A stretch of DNA of 63,504 bases from an uncultured Verrucomicrobiota bacterium (GCA_903880005.1 CAIRNV010000002.1:1-63504); one strand, 5' to 3'. Numbered from the stretch's first letter, positions 1 through 10,283 are shown. The notes: generated by a model from the sequence alone, not told the origin. Made by a program: numbers and translations.

Positions 1-1337
1 CGATGTCCCCCTGCCCCGGCGTCCGCCGCATCCGTTCCCGCCTTGAAGTCGAGCTGCACCCACCAACGGCCCGTGCTCGCCAGCAAGGACTTCACCGCCG
101 GGGACACCGCCTGCTCCATCCACCACGCGTTGGTGCCCGCCACCACCGACGCGCCCACGCGCCCGGAGGGATGCACGTTGCGGAACGGGCTCTGCGCGTC
201 GGTCGTCACCGCGATCAACCCCTCGTACATCCACGGCGGCACGAGCACGCCCTTGCTGCCCCCCGCCGCCGGCGCCTGCATCTCCAGGTCGCCGTCCATC
301 CCCTCCACCGGGCGCAACACCGCCGACGGCCCCGGCTTGCCCAAGGCTTCCAGCCGACGCGACAGCTCGGACACCCGCCATGCGTGCGCGCGCCACTTGG
401 GCAACGCCTCGGCCGGCGGCGCCACCGACGCCATCGAACGGACCCGTTGCTTCTGCTCGGACCCCGGGAACGCAAACCGCGTGCTCTCCAGGATCCCGTA
501 AAGCGCGTAGTAATCGGACAAGGGCACCGGGTCGTACTTGTGCGCATGGCAGCGCGCGCAACCCAGCGTCAGCCCCAACACCCCCTGCCCGATCGTGTCG
601 ATCGCGTCCTGCAACGTCAGGTGATGGTAGTTCTCCGAGTCGAACCCAAACCGTCGCGAGACGGCGAGGAAGCCCGTGGCGGCGACCCGTTCCCCGTGCA
701 AGGCAGGGTCCCCTTGGAGCGCGAGGATGTCGCCGGCCACCTGCTCCCGCACGAACGCGTCGTAAGGCTTGTCCGCGTTGAACGCGCGGATCACATAGTC
801 GCGGTAGCGCCACGCCACCGGCACCGGGTAGTCCGCCGTCTCGCCCGCCGTGTCCGCGTACCGCGCCACGTCCAGCCAATGCCGTCCCCACCGCTCGCCG
901 TAGGCCTCCGACGCGAGCAACCGTTCCACGACCCGTTCATGGGCCTCCGGGGCCATGTCCTGCTCGAAGGCGTCCGCCTCGTCCGCCGTGGGGGGCAAGC
1001 CCGTCAGGTCCAGCGTCACGCGCCGCAGCCACGCCCGCCGACCCGCCTCCGCCGCCGGCTTGGCGCCCTCCGCCTCCATCCTCGCCAGGACGAAACGGTC
1101 CACGCTCGTCCGGCACCACGAGCCGTCGCGAACCACCGGGATGGCCGGCGCGCGCACCGGCTGGAACGACCAATGCGCCGTCGCGGCATCGGCCCCGTTC
1201 AACGCCATGGACGCCAACCCGGCAACCCACCCAGCCATGCACGCTCGCCAGTCCATCGGGAAATCGCGACGACGCTGCCACCCGGGGCGTCCCGGCGGAA
1301 GCCTTGGTTTCGGCTTCGTCATGCCAACGTCGCCCAT
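1..1337 (-). CDS. PSCyt2/PSD1 (DUF1549/DUF1553) family protein; C-terminus lies beyond the left edge
   Basis: Absent from the ORF track because there is no stop codon in the window. Hand translation of the minus strand from ATG 1337 (alternative ATG 1322) gives MGDVGMTKPKPR..NGADAATAHWSFQPVRAP..MEAEGAKPAAEAGRRAWLRR..CARCHAHKYDPVPLSDYYALYGILEST. This is the same motif order as the full-length paralog at 36742-39453 (..[24 protein letters not shown]..). Confidence 0.8.
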   Translation of the reverse strand, partial: MGDVGMTKPKPRLPPGRPGWQRRRDFPMDWRACMAGWVAGLASMALNGADAATAHWSFQPVRAPAIPVVRDGSWCRTSVDRFVLARMEAEGAKPAAEAGRRAWLRRVTLDLTGLPPTADEADAFEQDMAPEAHERVVERLLASEAYGERWGRHWLDVARYADTAGETADYPVPVAWRYRDYVIRAFNADKPYDAFVREQVAGDILALQGDPALHGERVAATGFLAVSRRFGFDSENYHHLTLQDAIDTIGQGVLGLTLGCARCHAHKYDPVPLSDYYALYGILESTRFAFPGSEQKQRVRSMASVAPPAEALPKWRAHAWRVSELSRRLEALGKPGPSAVLRPVEGMDGDLEMQAPAAGGSKGVLVPPWMYEGLIAVTTDAQSPFRNVHPSGRVGASVVAGTNAWWMEQAVSPAVKSLLASTGRWWVQLDFKAGTDAADAGAGGH

Positions 1338-1352
1338 CGCCCGGCGCCCCTG

Positions 1353-2993
1353 CTACTTCCCAAACAGCATCCGCTTCTCAAAGACCACGCCCTTCTCACG
1401 CCCCGCCAACTGCGCCTCCAAGGACTCATGCCGGCGCACGATGAATCGATGCATCGAATGCACCGGCCGAAACGGGTCGTCGATGCGCGGCTCCGGCCCA
1501 TCAGCGTCCCACGTCTCCTTCACCGCCTCCCCGAACCGGCCCCGCCGGTAGTCGCTCTCCTCCAAGACCGTCGGACGCACCAAGGCCGCCAGTTCACGCA
1601 CCTCCGCCCGCAGCCGCGCCGGCACGAACAACTCCCGGACGATCCGCTCCATCTCCGCCCGGTACACCCGTCGGAAGGACTCCACCCCAAACAACCGCTC
1701 CAGCAACCGGTGGTCCGCCACCCACGGCCTCTCGATGCTCGCACGCTCCCGGTCGCGCACCGTCCCCACCAGCGGGAACTCCCCCCACGCCTGGTCCAGG
1801 TCCCACGGCACCAAGCCAAACCGCCCGCGCGGGCCGTCCAGGTACATCATGAAGTTCTGCCCGTTGAACAGGAACCCGTCATAGCTCGCGATCGCCGACG
1901 TCACCGCCACGAATCGCGCCACCTCCTCCAGGTCGAAGAACTCCGCCGCCCGGGCCCCAAACTCCGCGTCCGTCGAGCCCGTCACGAACCGCGCCGCCTC
2001 CATGAGCCGCGCCTTGTGGGCATCCGAGACCCGCACCTTGGGGTCGTAGATCCCCTCATAGGCCGACCAGTTCGTCCCGAGGTCCTTGAACAGCTCGTAC
2101 GTCACCGGCTTGAACAACGCCGCATCCCGGCCCCGGAACCACTCCGCCATCCAGCCCTCGTCGAGGTTCTCCACCAACACGTACAGGCCCAAGGGCCGGC
2201 GCCGGTACCGTTCCCCGATCCCCAGTCGCACCCGTGCATAGGCCGTCCGTGGCGCCGGCACCCCGGCCTCCCGGTACATCCGGTATCCCATGGCGTCGCT
2301 CATCGACGAAAAGTCCGACACCAGGTTGTTCAGGTTGAGCACCGCGCTCCCCGCAAGGGCCCGCCCGGGATGACCCCGCCCCAGGTCCACCTTGAACGGC
2401 TTCTTCAGCGCCGTGAACGAGTTCAGGAACGTGCCGTTGCCCTTCAACCGCACCGACACGTCGTCGAACGACACCCCGCCCACCGTCACCCGCCCCTTCG
2501 ACCACGGCTGCCCCAACCCCATGACCCCGGCCAACCCGTTCCTCGGGGCCGCGTCGTTGCGCAACGGAAACTTCCCGTCCGGCGCGTTGAAATCCACCGA
2601 GGGCTTGTGACCGGTGGGCTGCAAGGCGCGCCACTCGTCCTCGCTGAACGCCAGGTCCACCCGCCACACGTTCGTGCGCACGAAGAACGCCGCCCGGTCG
2701 CCGACCCGCGACGCATCCAACGATGGACCCGGCCAACGATCCTCGGGCTCCTCACCGGCCGGCGTGCCCGGCGGCGGCCAGGGACGATCCGTGGGCGCGA
2801 CCCCCTCCGTCTTGGCCGACTGGTTCTCGGCAAACCACAGGGACACGCGGCCCGTGTGCCACAACACCACGCCCGCCAAGGCGGCCAGGAGCACCAACGC
2901 CACCAAGCCGCCCACCAAGCCCAGGCACCCCATCCACCAGCGCCGCCACCGCGGGCGACGCGCCTTGACCTCTTCGCCTTCCTGCAACCTCAC
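1353..2993 (-). CDS. CotH kinase family protein, N-terminal membrane anchor
   Basis: Track ORF 1353..3377 trimmed, because the upstream gene ends at 3061. GTG 2993 (alternatives GTG 2999, ATG 2933) gives a basic stretch KARRPRWRRWW followed by the TM segment MGCLGLVGGLVALVLLAALAGVVLW. The body shows a CotH-like pattern (KPFKVDL..LNLNNLVSDFSSMSDAMGYRMYREAGVPAPRTAYARV..LGLYVLVENLDEGW). Confidence 0.75.
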   Translation of the reverse strand: MRLQEGEEVKARRPRWRRWWMGCLGLVGGLVALVLLAALAGVVLWHTGRVSLWFAENQSAKTEGVAPTDRPWPPPGTPAGEEPEDRWPGPSLDASRVGDRAAFFVRTNVWRVDLAFSEDEWRALQPTGHKPSVDFNAPDGKFPLRNDAAPRNGLAGVMGLGQPWSKGRVTVGGVSFDDVSVRLKGNGTFLNSFTALKKPFKVDLGRGHPGRALAGSAVLNLNNLVSDFSSMSDAMGYRMYREAGVPAPRTAYARVRLGIGERYRRRPLGLYVLVENLDEGWMAEWFRGRDAALFKPVTYELFKDLGTNWSAYEGIYDPKVRVSDAHKARLMEAARFVTGSTDAEFGARAAEFFDLEEVARFVAVTSAIASYDGFLFNGQNFMMYLDGPRGRFGLVPWDLDQAWGEFPLVGTVRDRERASIERPWVADHRLLERLFGVESFRRVYRAEMERIVRELFVPARLRAEVRELAALVRPTVLEESDYRRGRFGEAVKETWDADGPEPRIDDPFRPVHSMHRFIVRRHESLEAQLAGREKGVVFEKRMLFGK

Positions 2994-3060
2994 GGACACA
3001 AATTGGCCACCTCGCCGCCCCGGGGTCGATACCGCAATCCAAGCCCCCACGCCCGACGGC

Positions 3061-5724
3061 TCACTCCTCCGCCACGCGAAACCATCCTCGATCCGTGGCC
3101 ATCGGCAGGCGCCACTCGCCCGACCAACCACCAAACATCGACGCCCCCACCCCCATCCACGGCCCGTCCACGTCGTCCGCCTTCTCCAACCGGTAGCGGC
3201 GGCCTGGCTCGGAGGGCCATTCGAGGCGCAAGGCCCCGGGCCCGTCCCGTTGCACGCGCGCCTCAAAGGGGCGATCGGACGTCGTCGGCGACGTGCCCAT
3301 CCATGCCTCCACCGCGTTGGCCAAGCCGTCCGCGTCCGGGTCGCCGGCCCCCGTCTCCGCCAAGCCACCGAAAGCACCCAACTCCCATCCGTCGTCCAGT
3401 CCGTCGGCGTCGGCGTCCTCGATGGGGATCCCGGTCACCTCCAACCCGGCCTCGATGAGCTGGCCGGTCGAGGCCGCCGCTTCATCCGTGATGGCGAGCG
3501 TCCACGTCCCTCGCGAAGACTCGAAGACATGCCGCCGCGACGAGTACCACCATTCGTCGATCTGGGCGGACGTCATCGTGCCGCATCGTTGCAGGACGCT
3601 CCAGGTGCCGCGAGGCGAGCGAAGGGTGACGCGAAGGTCCCCCATGCGGGGATGGGTGGCCCGGAGGCGCACGCGCACGACGTCCACGGACAACGTCTCG
3701 GGGACATCCAGGGCGACCTCGGCTGACTGGAGCCGGACGGCGACGCGGCCGGAGGGTTGGGCGGCAAGGGCGGCGCGCAGGGCGTTGCCATCGTTGCGCC
3801 CCACGGTGACGGCCGGGATCCGCGCGGCGTCCGTGCCCAGCATCACCGCCCGTCCATTGCCGACGTCCGAGTTGATGATCACCACGGCGGCCGCCTCGGA
3901 TTGGCCCGCGATCCGCACCAGGTCCGGGTAGTCCAACGCGCCCCGCTGGAGCAGGAGGCACGCCCCGGGCGCCTTGAAAGGCACCGAGCCGTTGCCGCCG
4001 TCGGCCCACGGCATCGGACCCAGGCCGCCGTCCGGATGCATGCCCGCGCCACCACACGCGGGCAGGGACAACGCCGGCGTCGTGCCCGTGGTCTCAACCC
4101 GCAGGCCGTCGTCGGGAATGGCCACGTTGGGCGAGCGCGCGACCCGGGCGACCGCCCGGGCGTCGGACGCACGGCCGAATCGCGGCAGCAGCGCCCATCG
4201 CAACAACAGCCCCGGGTCCGGCGTCCCGTGTCCCACGTTGTGGCTGATCACCAGTCCCGCCGCGTTGGTGGACCGGTCGGGATCCAACGGGTCCGTCGGA
4301 CGCGACGCCACGGCCAGCAGGCGCTGCAGGTCGTGCACCGAGAGCCCCGGCTGCACGTCCAGGCACAGGGCGACCAACCCCGTTATGTGCGGCGTCGCGA
4401 ACGACGTCCCCGTCCACATCGTCGAACCGTAGAGGTATTGGCTCAGCTCGGCCCCGGCCATCGCCACGGTGTTCGCACCCGCGTCCCCCACGGGGTCCAG
4501 GGTGAACAATTGCGAGCCTTCCGACACCTCCCCACCCGCCGCCGCCACCAGGACGCACGCCCCGGGGGCCGAGTAGCTCGCGACCGTCCCGTCCCGTCGC
4601 AGGCCCGCCACGACGATGGCCCCGGGTGCATTCGCAAAGGCATCGAGGTTCGCGTCGCCCACGCCCCGCGACCCAAACAAGCTCTTGGACCGCGTGTTGC
4701 CGGCCGAACGCACCATGGGGATCCCAAGGCCGCCGCGTGCGACATGGAGCGCGTTGGACAACGCCACGACCTCGACCGGCGTCGCATAGAGGAAGTCGAG
4801 GTCCGCGTTGGCCCACGAATGGTTTTGCACCCACGCCCGGTCCGTCGCGTGGCCGAACGCCCGCGCGAGCTGCTCCGTCTCGGGGAGGTTGCCCGACGCG
4901 TCGAAGATCACCTGCTCCGTCCAACGCACGCCCGGGGCCGATCCGGAGATGCCAACGCCATTGCCGCCCCGTGCCGCAACCAGTCCCGCCGTTGCCGTCC
5001 CGTGAAACTGGGACCGCGTCATGTGGGCGCCGTTCGTCGCCAGCGTGAACCAGTTCCGGGCCAACCCGCCCTCGTACCCCTCGCGCAGGTCCGGGTGGGT
5101 GGCGTCGGCCCCGTTGTCATACAGCGACACGACGATGCCCCCGCCCCGCGTCCGCCCCCACGCCGCACGAAGCGCCATCGCCGACGAGGCCGGCGTCGGC
5201 CCCATGGCCCCCTGCCCCGGGTCGATGGACCATTGCCGCCCGAAGTACGGATCATTGGGCGCCGCCGCCCAGTCGGACTGCACCGTCGCGTTGAATCGCC
5301 GGCGGGACACCGACGCCACCCACACGTCGGGATCGGCAGCCAGCACGTCCGCCACCTCCAGCGCCTCGCGGGCCGAGGCCGCCTCGAACACGGCGGCCGT
5401 TGCATCGAGTTCGCGCACCCGCGAGAGCCCGTGCCGGGCGGCCACGCGAGCCAGCGATTCCATCGAGCCAGCCCGCAGCATCAACGACCGCCCGAACTCC
5501 ACCCGATGGGCGGTGCCCGGCTCCAGGGCAACGTCCGGATCGCCGGGCAGAACCTCGTATCCCCTCAATCGATGTTCCTTCATCCGCCACGTGCCGCGCG
5601 CCTCGCCGGCCCGGGCCAAGAGGACCGACGCCATCCCGAAGGCCATGAGGATGCCCAACCACGGGGGCAACGGCCGCAGCCATGCCCACGGGAACCGCGA
5701 CGACGACCGGGAGGGACCTTTCAT
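3061..5724 (-). CDS. S8 family serine peptidase, kexin/proprotein-convertase-like (PA-like insert, P-domain, acidic Ca-binding-type repeats)
   Basis: Catalytic triad motifs are present: VSLYDNGADATHPDL (Asp), HGTATAG (His), GTSFATPH (Ser). P-domain-like segment: VRVRLRATHPRMGDLRVTLRSPRGTWSVL. DxDxDG-type repeats: DADADGLDDGWE and DPDADGLANAVE. Start set at MKGPSRSS.. (5724) because the upstream gene ends at 5735; a hydrophobic signal/anchor follows. Confidence 0.85.
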   Translation of the reverse strand: MKGPSRSSSRFPWAWLRPLPPWLGILMAFGMASVLLARAGEARGTWRMKEHRLRGYEVLPGDPDVALEPGTAHRVEFGRSLMLRAGSMESLARVAARHGLSRVRELDATAAVFEAASAREALEVADVLAADPDVWVASVSRRRFNATVQSDWAAAPNDPYFGRQWSIDPGQGAMGPTPASSAMALRAAWGRTRGGGIVVSLYDNGADATHPDLREGYEGGLARNWFTLATNGAHMTRSQFHGTATAGLVAARGGNGVGISGSAPGVRWTEQVIFDASGNLPETEQLARAFGHATDRAWVQNHSWANADLDFLYATPVEVVALSNALHVARGGLGIPMVRSAGNTRSKSLFGSRGVGDANLDAFANAPGAIVVAGLRRDGTVASYSAPGACVLVAAAGGEVSEGSQLFTLDPVGDAGANTVAMAGAELSQYLYGSTMWTGTSFATPHITGLVALCLDVQPGLSVHDLQRLLAVASRPTDPLDPDRSTNAAGLVISHNVGHGTPDPGLLLRWALLPRFGRASDARAVARVARSPNVAIPDDGLRVETTGTTPALSLPACGGAGMHPDGGLGPMPWADGGNGSVPFKAPGACLLLQRGALDYPDLVRIAGQSEAAAVVIINSDVGNGRAVMLGTDAARIPAVTVGRNDGNALRAALAAQPSGRVAVRLQSAEVALDVPETLSVDVVRVRLRATHPRMGDLRVTLRSPRGTWSVLQRCGTMTSAQIDEWWYSSRRHVFESSRGTWTLAITDEAAASTGQLIEAGLEVTGIPIEDADADGLDDGWELGAFGGLAETGAGDPDADGLANAVEAWMGTSPTTSDRPFEARVQRDGPGALRLEWPSEPGRRYRLEKADDVDGPWMGVGASMFGGWSGEWRLPMATDRGWFRVAEE

Positions 5725-5734
5725 GGGCCACGAT

Positions 5735-6643
5735 TCACGGGCGTTGCGGCGAGGCATCGCCCGGGGCGCGAGCATGGCCCATGTCGATCATCCAATCCTC
5801 GAACCGCGCCAGCCATCGACCCGCCGGCCGGCTCGGGTTCCCACGCACGCCAAAGCCGTGCCCGCCCGAGGCAAACACATGCAACTCGGCCGGCACCCCG
5901 GCCCGGCGATACCGCAGGTAAGCCTCCGCCAACCCCTCGCCGATGTCCTGCCGATCGTCCTGCGCGCACGCCAGGAACGCCGGCGCCGCATTCGTGGTCG
6001 GCTGGATGTCGCCCGATCGGCCCGGGTACACGAGCCCGATGAAGTCCGGGCGCGAGTCCATGCGTTCAATCGGGTCCGGCGAGTCGGCGAGGCCGGGATC
6101 CGCCGCCGCGCTCGCCTGCCACGCCAGCTCGCCCCCCGCCGAGAATCCCAGCGCGCCCACCCGCCTCGGGTCGATGCCCCACTCGCCGGCCCGCGCACGA
6201 ACGACGCGGATGGCGCGCCGCGCATCCGCCAAGGCATGATCCCGGATTCGGTAGGGCGAGTTCGTCTCCCGGGCGAGGCGGTACTTGAGGACGAACGCCG
6301 CCGTCCCACGGGCCGCCAGCCACCGCGCCGCGTTGTGCCCCTCGTGGTCCATCCACAACTCCCGATGCCCGCCGCCGGGAATCACCACCACGGCGGAACC
6401 ATCACCCTTCACAGGGAACCACGGCGTGATCGAAGGCCGGTGCACGCCCGAAACCACGTGCTCGCCGGCTGCGGTCACCCGCACGCGCTCGGGCTCCTGG
6501 CGCCCCTCGGAACCCGGAGCCGCCGGGGACCACAGCACGATCTCCGGGGCGGCCTTGGGCTCGGCCGCATCGAATCGCGGCAAACCGCCGATGAGCCACA
6601 CCACGGTCATGCCAAGGAACCGCCAAGGATTGCGCGCCGCCAT
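5735..6643 (-). CDS. alpha/beta hydrolase (esterase/lipase-like), secreted
   Basis: Contains VVVIPGGGH oxyanion-type motif, the nucleophile elbow GFSAGG, and C-terminal GGHGF. The N-terminus has a hydrophobic signal-like segment. Confidence 0.8.
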   Translation of the reverse strand: MAARNPWRFLGMTVVWLIGGLPRFDAAEPKAAPEIVLWSPAAPGSEGRQEPERVRVTAAGEHVVSGVHRPSITPWFPVKGDGSAVVVIPGGGHRELWMDHEGHNAARWLAARGTAAFVLKYRLARETNSPYRIRDHALADARRAIRVVRARAGEWGIDPRRVGALGFSAGGELAWQASAAADPGLADSPDPIERMDSRPDFIGLVYPGRSGDIQPTTNAAPAFLACAQDDRQDIGEGLAEAYLRYRRAGVPAELHVFASGGHGFGVRGNPSRPAGRWLARFEDWMIDMGHARAPGDASPQRP

Positions 6644-6724
6644 GCCGCAGATTTCCCCCCAAGGTCACCCCGTTGCAACCCGGGCTTTTGGAAACACCTG
6701 CCGGGCCACGATCCCTCCACGCGG

Positions 6725-7645
6725 TCACGTTCCAGGTAGCGAATCGTCCTTCGGCGCCGCCGCTTTGCCCCGGACGCTGACCAGCATGCGCAACACGTCG
6801 AACCAGAAGGGTGCGCCCAGGCTCATGGCGGCGGCCGTGATGACGATGCCCAAGAACTTCGACGCCAAAAACGGCCCGTCGCACTTCCATGTCTCGCCCT
6901 GCCATCCCAGCGGCAGAGGCACCCCCTCCAGGGCAGCCCTCAACCGTTCCGCCGAGGTTGGCCCTGACGTCCCGGCCGGGTTGGCCCCGGGGGCCCCTGG
7001 CCGGTCTTCCGCCACGACGCCCTCGGCGGCCTGGTTCAACGCGGCGCGCAGGCTGGCGTTCGTCCACACCGCACGGCTGATGTGGAACAAGTCCGCGTTG
7101 GTCGCGCACGCAACGACGAATGCAATGATCCCAAGGGAGCGGGCCACGCGACGCCGGTACCAGCCGCCCACGCGATCCATGACATGGTCGAAGTGCTCGA
7201 TGATTCGGCCGCGAAACGCCTGGATGTCGCCCTTGGAGCGCTCGGTGATCTCAAGGAGCGCCACGAGGATGGGCCGGGCGGGATCGTCTTTGGAGAGGGC
7301 CGCCAAGCGCTGCCGAATGTCCTGGAGCGTCGCCACCACCCCTCCGGAGGTCGAAGCAAGCTCATGGATCAGCGCGTCGGCGAAGACCGTGCCGTGGATG
7401 GCGGAAGGCGGGTTCTTGAAGACGTCGCCGTCCATGGCGAGCGACGCGACCAAGGGATGCCGCAGGACCCGGGTGCACAGGGCGTCCGCTTGGCCAGGCG
7501 TCCTCAGGAGGTTTTGGAGGCCATCGAGCAGGCAGCGCCCGCGCATGCGGGTCTCCTTGGCGATGGCCTCTTGGATGGCGGAGCACACGATGCTCAGGAA
7601 CGCGATGATCAGGCACACCGCGATGCAGCTTTCGATCAAGGGCAT
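6725..7645 (-). CDS. hypothetical membrane protein
   Basis: Track ORF 6725..7783 trimmed to MPLIESCIAVCLIIAFLSIV (ATG 7645). There are three predicted hydrophobic helices (N-terminal, GIIAFVVACA, FLGIVITAAAMSLGAPFWF). I recognise no catalytic motif. Confidence 0.6.
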   Translation of the reverse strand: MPLIESCIAVCLIIAFLSIVCSAIQEAIAKETRMRGRCLLDGLQNLLRTPGQADALCTRVLRHPLVASLAMDGDVFKNPPSAIHGTVFADALIHELASTSGGVVATLQDIRQRLAALSKDDPARPILVALLEITERSKGDIQAFRGRIIEHFDHVMDRVGGWYRRRVARSLGIIAFVVACATNADLFHISRAVWTNASLRAALNQAAEGVVAEDRPGAPGANPAGTSGPTSAERLRAALEGVPLPLGWQGETWKCDGPFLASKFLGIVITAAAMSLGAPFWFDVLRMLVSVRGKAAAPKDDSLPGT

Positions 7646-7828
7646 GTCAGGGAGGGGTTGGCGATGGATGGGACGGGACTTGGACACGGAACGTCGAGGG
7701 CGACTCAAGCCGAACGGCGACGCCGTCCGTGGTGGCATCGTTCCGAAGGGCTTGTCGCACCCCCGCGTTGAAGACCATGGCAACGCTTCCCCGCGATGGA
7801 TTCAATCGCGAAAAGGCCGTGGGCCGGA

Positions 7829-10114
7829 TCAACGCGGGCCCGGCGGCACGGCCTCGTGGAGGAAGCGCGTCATGGTGTCCCTCAGGTGCACGGCGGTGCC
7901 CTCGCCCTCGCTGATGGAATGCGAACGATTGGGATAGGCCATCATCTGGAAGGGCTTCTTGTGCCGGATGAGGGTGTCGATGAGTTCCTCGAAGCCTTGG
8001 TAATGGCAGTTGTCGTCGCCCGTGCCGTGGATGAGGAGGAGGCGTCCCTGGAGTTGATGGGCAAGGTGGACGGGCGAGCCCGCACGATAGGCGTCGGCAT
8101 GTTCTGAGGGCAGGCCCATGTAGCGCTCCTGGTAGATGGTGTCGTACTGGCGCATGTCCGGGACGGCGGCGACGGAGATGCCGGCGTGGTACAGTCCCGG
8201 GTGGCGAAACAAGGCGTTGAGGGTCATCGAGCCACCGCCGCTCCAGCCCCAGATGGCCACCCTCCCGGCGTCTAGTTCCGGGCTCGTGGACAGGAGGTGG
8301 CGGAGGGCGTCCGCTTGGTCTTGGGAGGCCAGCACGCCCACCTTGTGATGGATGGACTTGGCCCATTCCCGCCCTCGCGGCGCGGCGGTACCGCGGTTGT
8401 CGAAGCTGACCACCACGTAGCCCTGCTGCGCGAGCATGAGGTGCCACAGGAGGTTCTTGCCACCCCACGCGTCGCGGACGGTCGAGCCGGCCGGCTCGCC
8501 ATAGACGTGGACCAGTACGGGCAACTTGCGGCCGGGCTCGGCACGGGGCGGGTCGATGCGCCAGCCGTCGATCTCGACGTTGGTGGCGGCCCGGACGCGG
8601 ACGAACCGGGCCTTGGGCATGTCGAGCGCGGCAAGCTTTTCCTTGAGCGCCTGGTTGTCCTGGAGGACGCGCACCGTCTTGTGGTCCGGCAGGGACACCA
8701 GCTCGGTGACCGGCGGCTGGAGGAACGAGGAGAACGTGTGGAACGCCCAATGGCCGTCTGGGGAGACGACGTAGGCGTGGGATCCCCCGGCGTCCTTCGG
8801 CGTGACGCGCTGGAGGTGGTGCCCGTCGAGCCCCACCCGATACAGATGCCGCTGCGTGGGGTTGCCGGGGCTGGCCATGAAGTAAACCTGCTTCCCCGGC
8901 TCATCGACGTGGACCAGGTCGGTGACGTCGAAGTCGCCCTTCGTCACGACGCGCGACTTGCCATCCTCGGCATGGGCGAGGTGGAGGTGTCGCCATCCGT
9001 CGCGTTGGGACCAGAAGAGGAATCGCTTTCCATCCTTGAGCCACGTGGGCCGATGGTCCGAATCCACCCAGGCATCGTCGCGGTCCATGAGGAACTCGGT
9101 GGCCGCGCCCGTGGAGGGGTTGCCGAGGAACATCCGGTTCGTGTCTTGCCTCCGGTTGAGCTGCTGCAAGAAGAGTTGGGGGGAACCCTTGGGCCATTGG
9201 AGGTCGAAGATGTAGTGCTCGCGAGGGTCCCCGGGCACGGTCAGCCATCGGACGTCGCGCGAGGCCAGATCGAAGACCCCGACGCGGCACGCGGGGTTGA
9301 GGTCGCCCGTCTTGGGATACGGGATCCATTGCACCTTGGGATAGAGGCCGTCGGTGTTGTTGACGAGCGGCACCTCGCGCACGCCGGACGTGTCGAGTTG
9401 CCAGAACGCGATGCGCGTGCCGTCCGGCGACCATCGGAAGCCGTCGCGCAGTCCAAACTCCTCCTCGTACACCCAGTCGAACGTGCCGTGGATCATGCCC
9501 GGAGCCGGGTTCGTCGCGAGGGCCGTGATGGCATGGGTCCTCAGGTCCTCGACGAACACGTTGCGGTCGCGCACGTAGGCCACCCGCGTCCCGTCCGGGG
9601 AGAACTTGGCGAACATCAAGCTGGAGGGCGGCGCGTCACCGCCCAGGCGGGACAGCTCGCGGCTGGAACGGTCGAGGACCCAGTAGTCGCCCCGGGTGTT
9701 GGCGCGCCACACGCGCCGCGACTGGGTGAAGACCAGCAGGCGCGAGCGGTCTTGCGACCATGCGTGGTCCTCGATCACGAGCGGCGTGGATTGGCCCGGC
9801 GGGATGAGGTCCCGGGACGGCACGAGGACCTCCGTGGATCCGGACGCGGGGTCGTGCCGAACGAGGTCCTTGCCGGGGCCGTTTTCGCGGGCGGGTTCCA
9901 GCGTGGTATAAAACGGCTCGTCGGGCATCCAATGCCCGTCGAAGCCCTCGCCGTTGAACTCCCCGGGGTCGAAGATGCGGGCGACGGTGAGCTGGGGTGC
10001 GTGGGGCTTCGCGAGTTCGTCTCCCGGCTTGGCATGAAGGCAGGGCGTCCAGGCCATCGCGAGGGCCGTGGCCCAAACGCGGAGTTCATGAAGGGGGCGG
10101 TTCATCGGATCCAT
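7829..10114 (-). CDS. S9B family peptidase (dipeptidyl-peptidase IV-like)
   Basis: DPP-IV N-terminal propeller pattern (FDWVYEEEFG..FRWSPDG..IAFW) plus a catalytic domain with GWSGGG, and downstream Asp and His candidates (HGTGDDN, PNRSHSI). Start at MDPMNRPL (10114; alternative 10105), followed by a signal-like segment. Confidence 0.9.
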   Translation of the reverse strand: MDPMNRPLHELRVWATALAMAWTPCLHAKPGDELAKPHAPQLTVARIFDPGEFNGEGFDGHWMPDEPFYTTLEPARENGPGKDLVRHDPASGSTEVLVPSRDLIPPGQSTPLVIEDHAWSQDRSRLLVFTQSRRVWRANTRGDYWVLDRSSRELSRLGGDAPPSSLMFAKFSPDGTRVAYVRDRNVFVEDLRTHAITALATNPAPGMIHGTFDWVYEEEFGLRDGFRWSPDGTRIAFWQLDTSGVREVPLVNNTDGLYPKVQWIPYPKTGDLNPACRVGVFDLASRDVRWLTVPGDPREHYIFDLQWPKGSPQLFLQQLNRRQDTNRMFLGNPSTGAATEFLMDRDDAWVDSDHRPTWLKDGKRFLFWSQRDGWRHLHLAHAEDGKSRVVTKGDFDVTDLVHVDEPGKQVYFMASPGNPTQRHLYRVGLDGHHLQRVTPKDAGGSHAYVVSPDGHWAFHTFSSFLQPPVTELVSLPDHKTVRVLQDNQALKEKLAALDMPKARFVRVRAATNVEIDGWRIDPPRAEPGRKLPVLVHVYGEPAGSTVRDAWGGKNLLWHLMLAQQGYVVVSFDNRGTAAPRGREWAKSIHHKVGVLASQDQADALRHLLSTSPELDAGRVAIWGWSGGGSMTLNALFRHPGLYHAGISVAAVPDMRQYDTIYQERYMGLPSEHADAYRAGSPVHLAHQLQGRLLLIHGTGDDNCHYQGFEELIDTLIRHKKPFQMMAYPNRSHSISEGEGTAVHLRDTMTRFLHEAVPPGPR

Positions 10115-10283
10115 GGTGCGGATGCAGGTCAACGTGATGCGCGGCGCAGCGTCCCATGGACCGCGTCCCGGTGGCCATCCCCGAAAGCAAGGGCGCGCAA
10201 GCCGGCGCGCGAACGGGAAGCGCTGGGGGTTAGGGTTGGCCCGACGGATGACAACCGGCGCGGGCTTGTATATGGGTAGGGGA

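Noticed and set aside
3-3458. 1151-aa plus-strand ORF, the longest ORF at the left end
   Set aside because: Its composition is dominated by Arg/Pro/His/Gly with no recognisable motif. It lies antisense to three minus-strand genes with clear family motifs (DUF1553-type CxRCHxHK, CotH, S8 protease). This is a typical high-GC shadow ORF.
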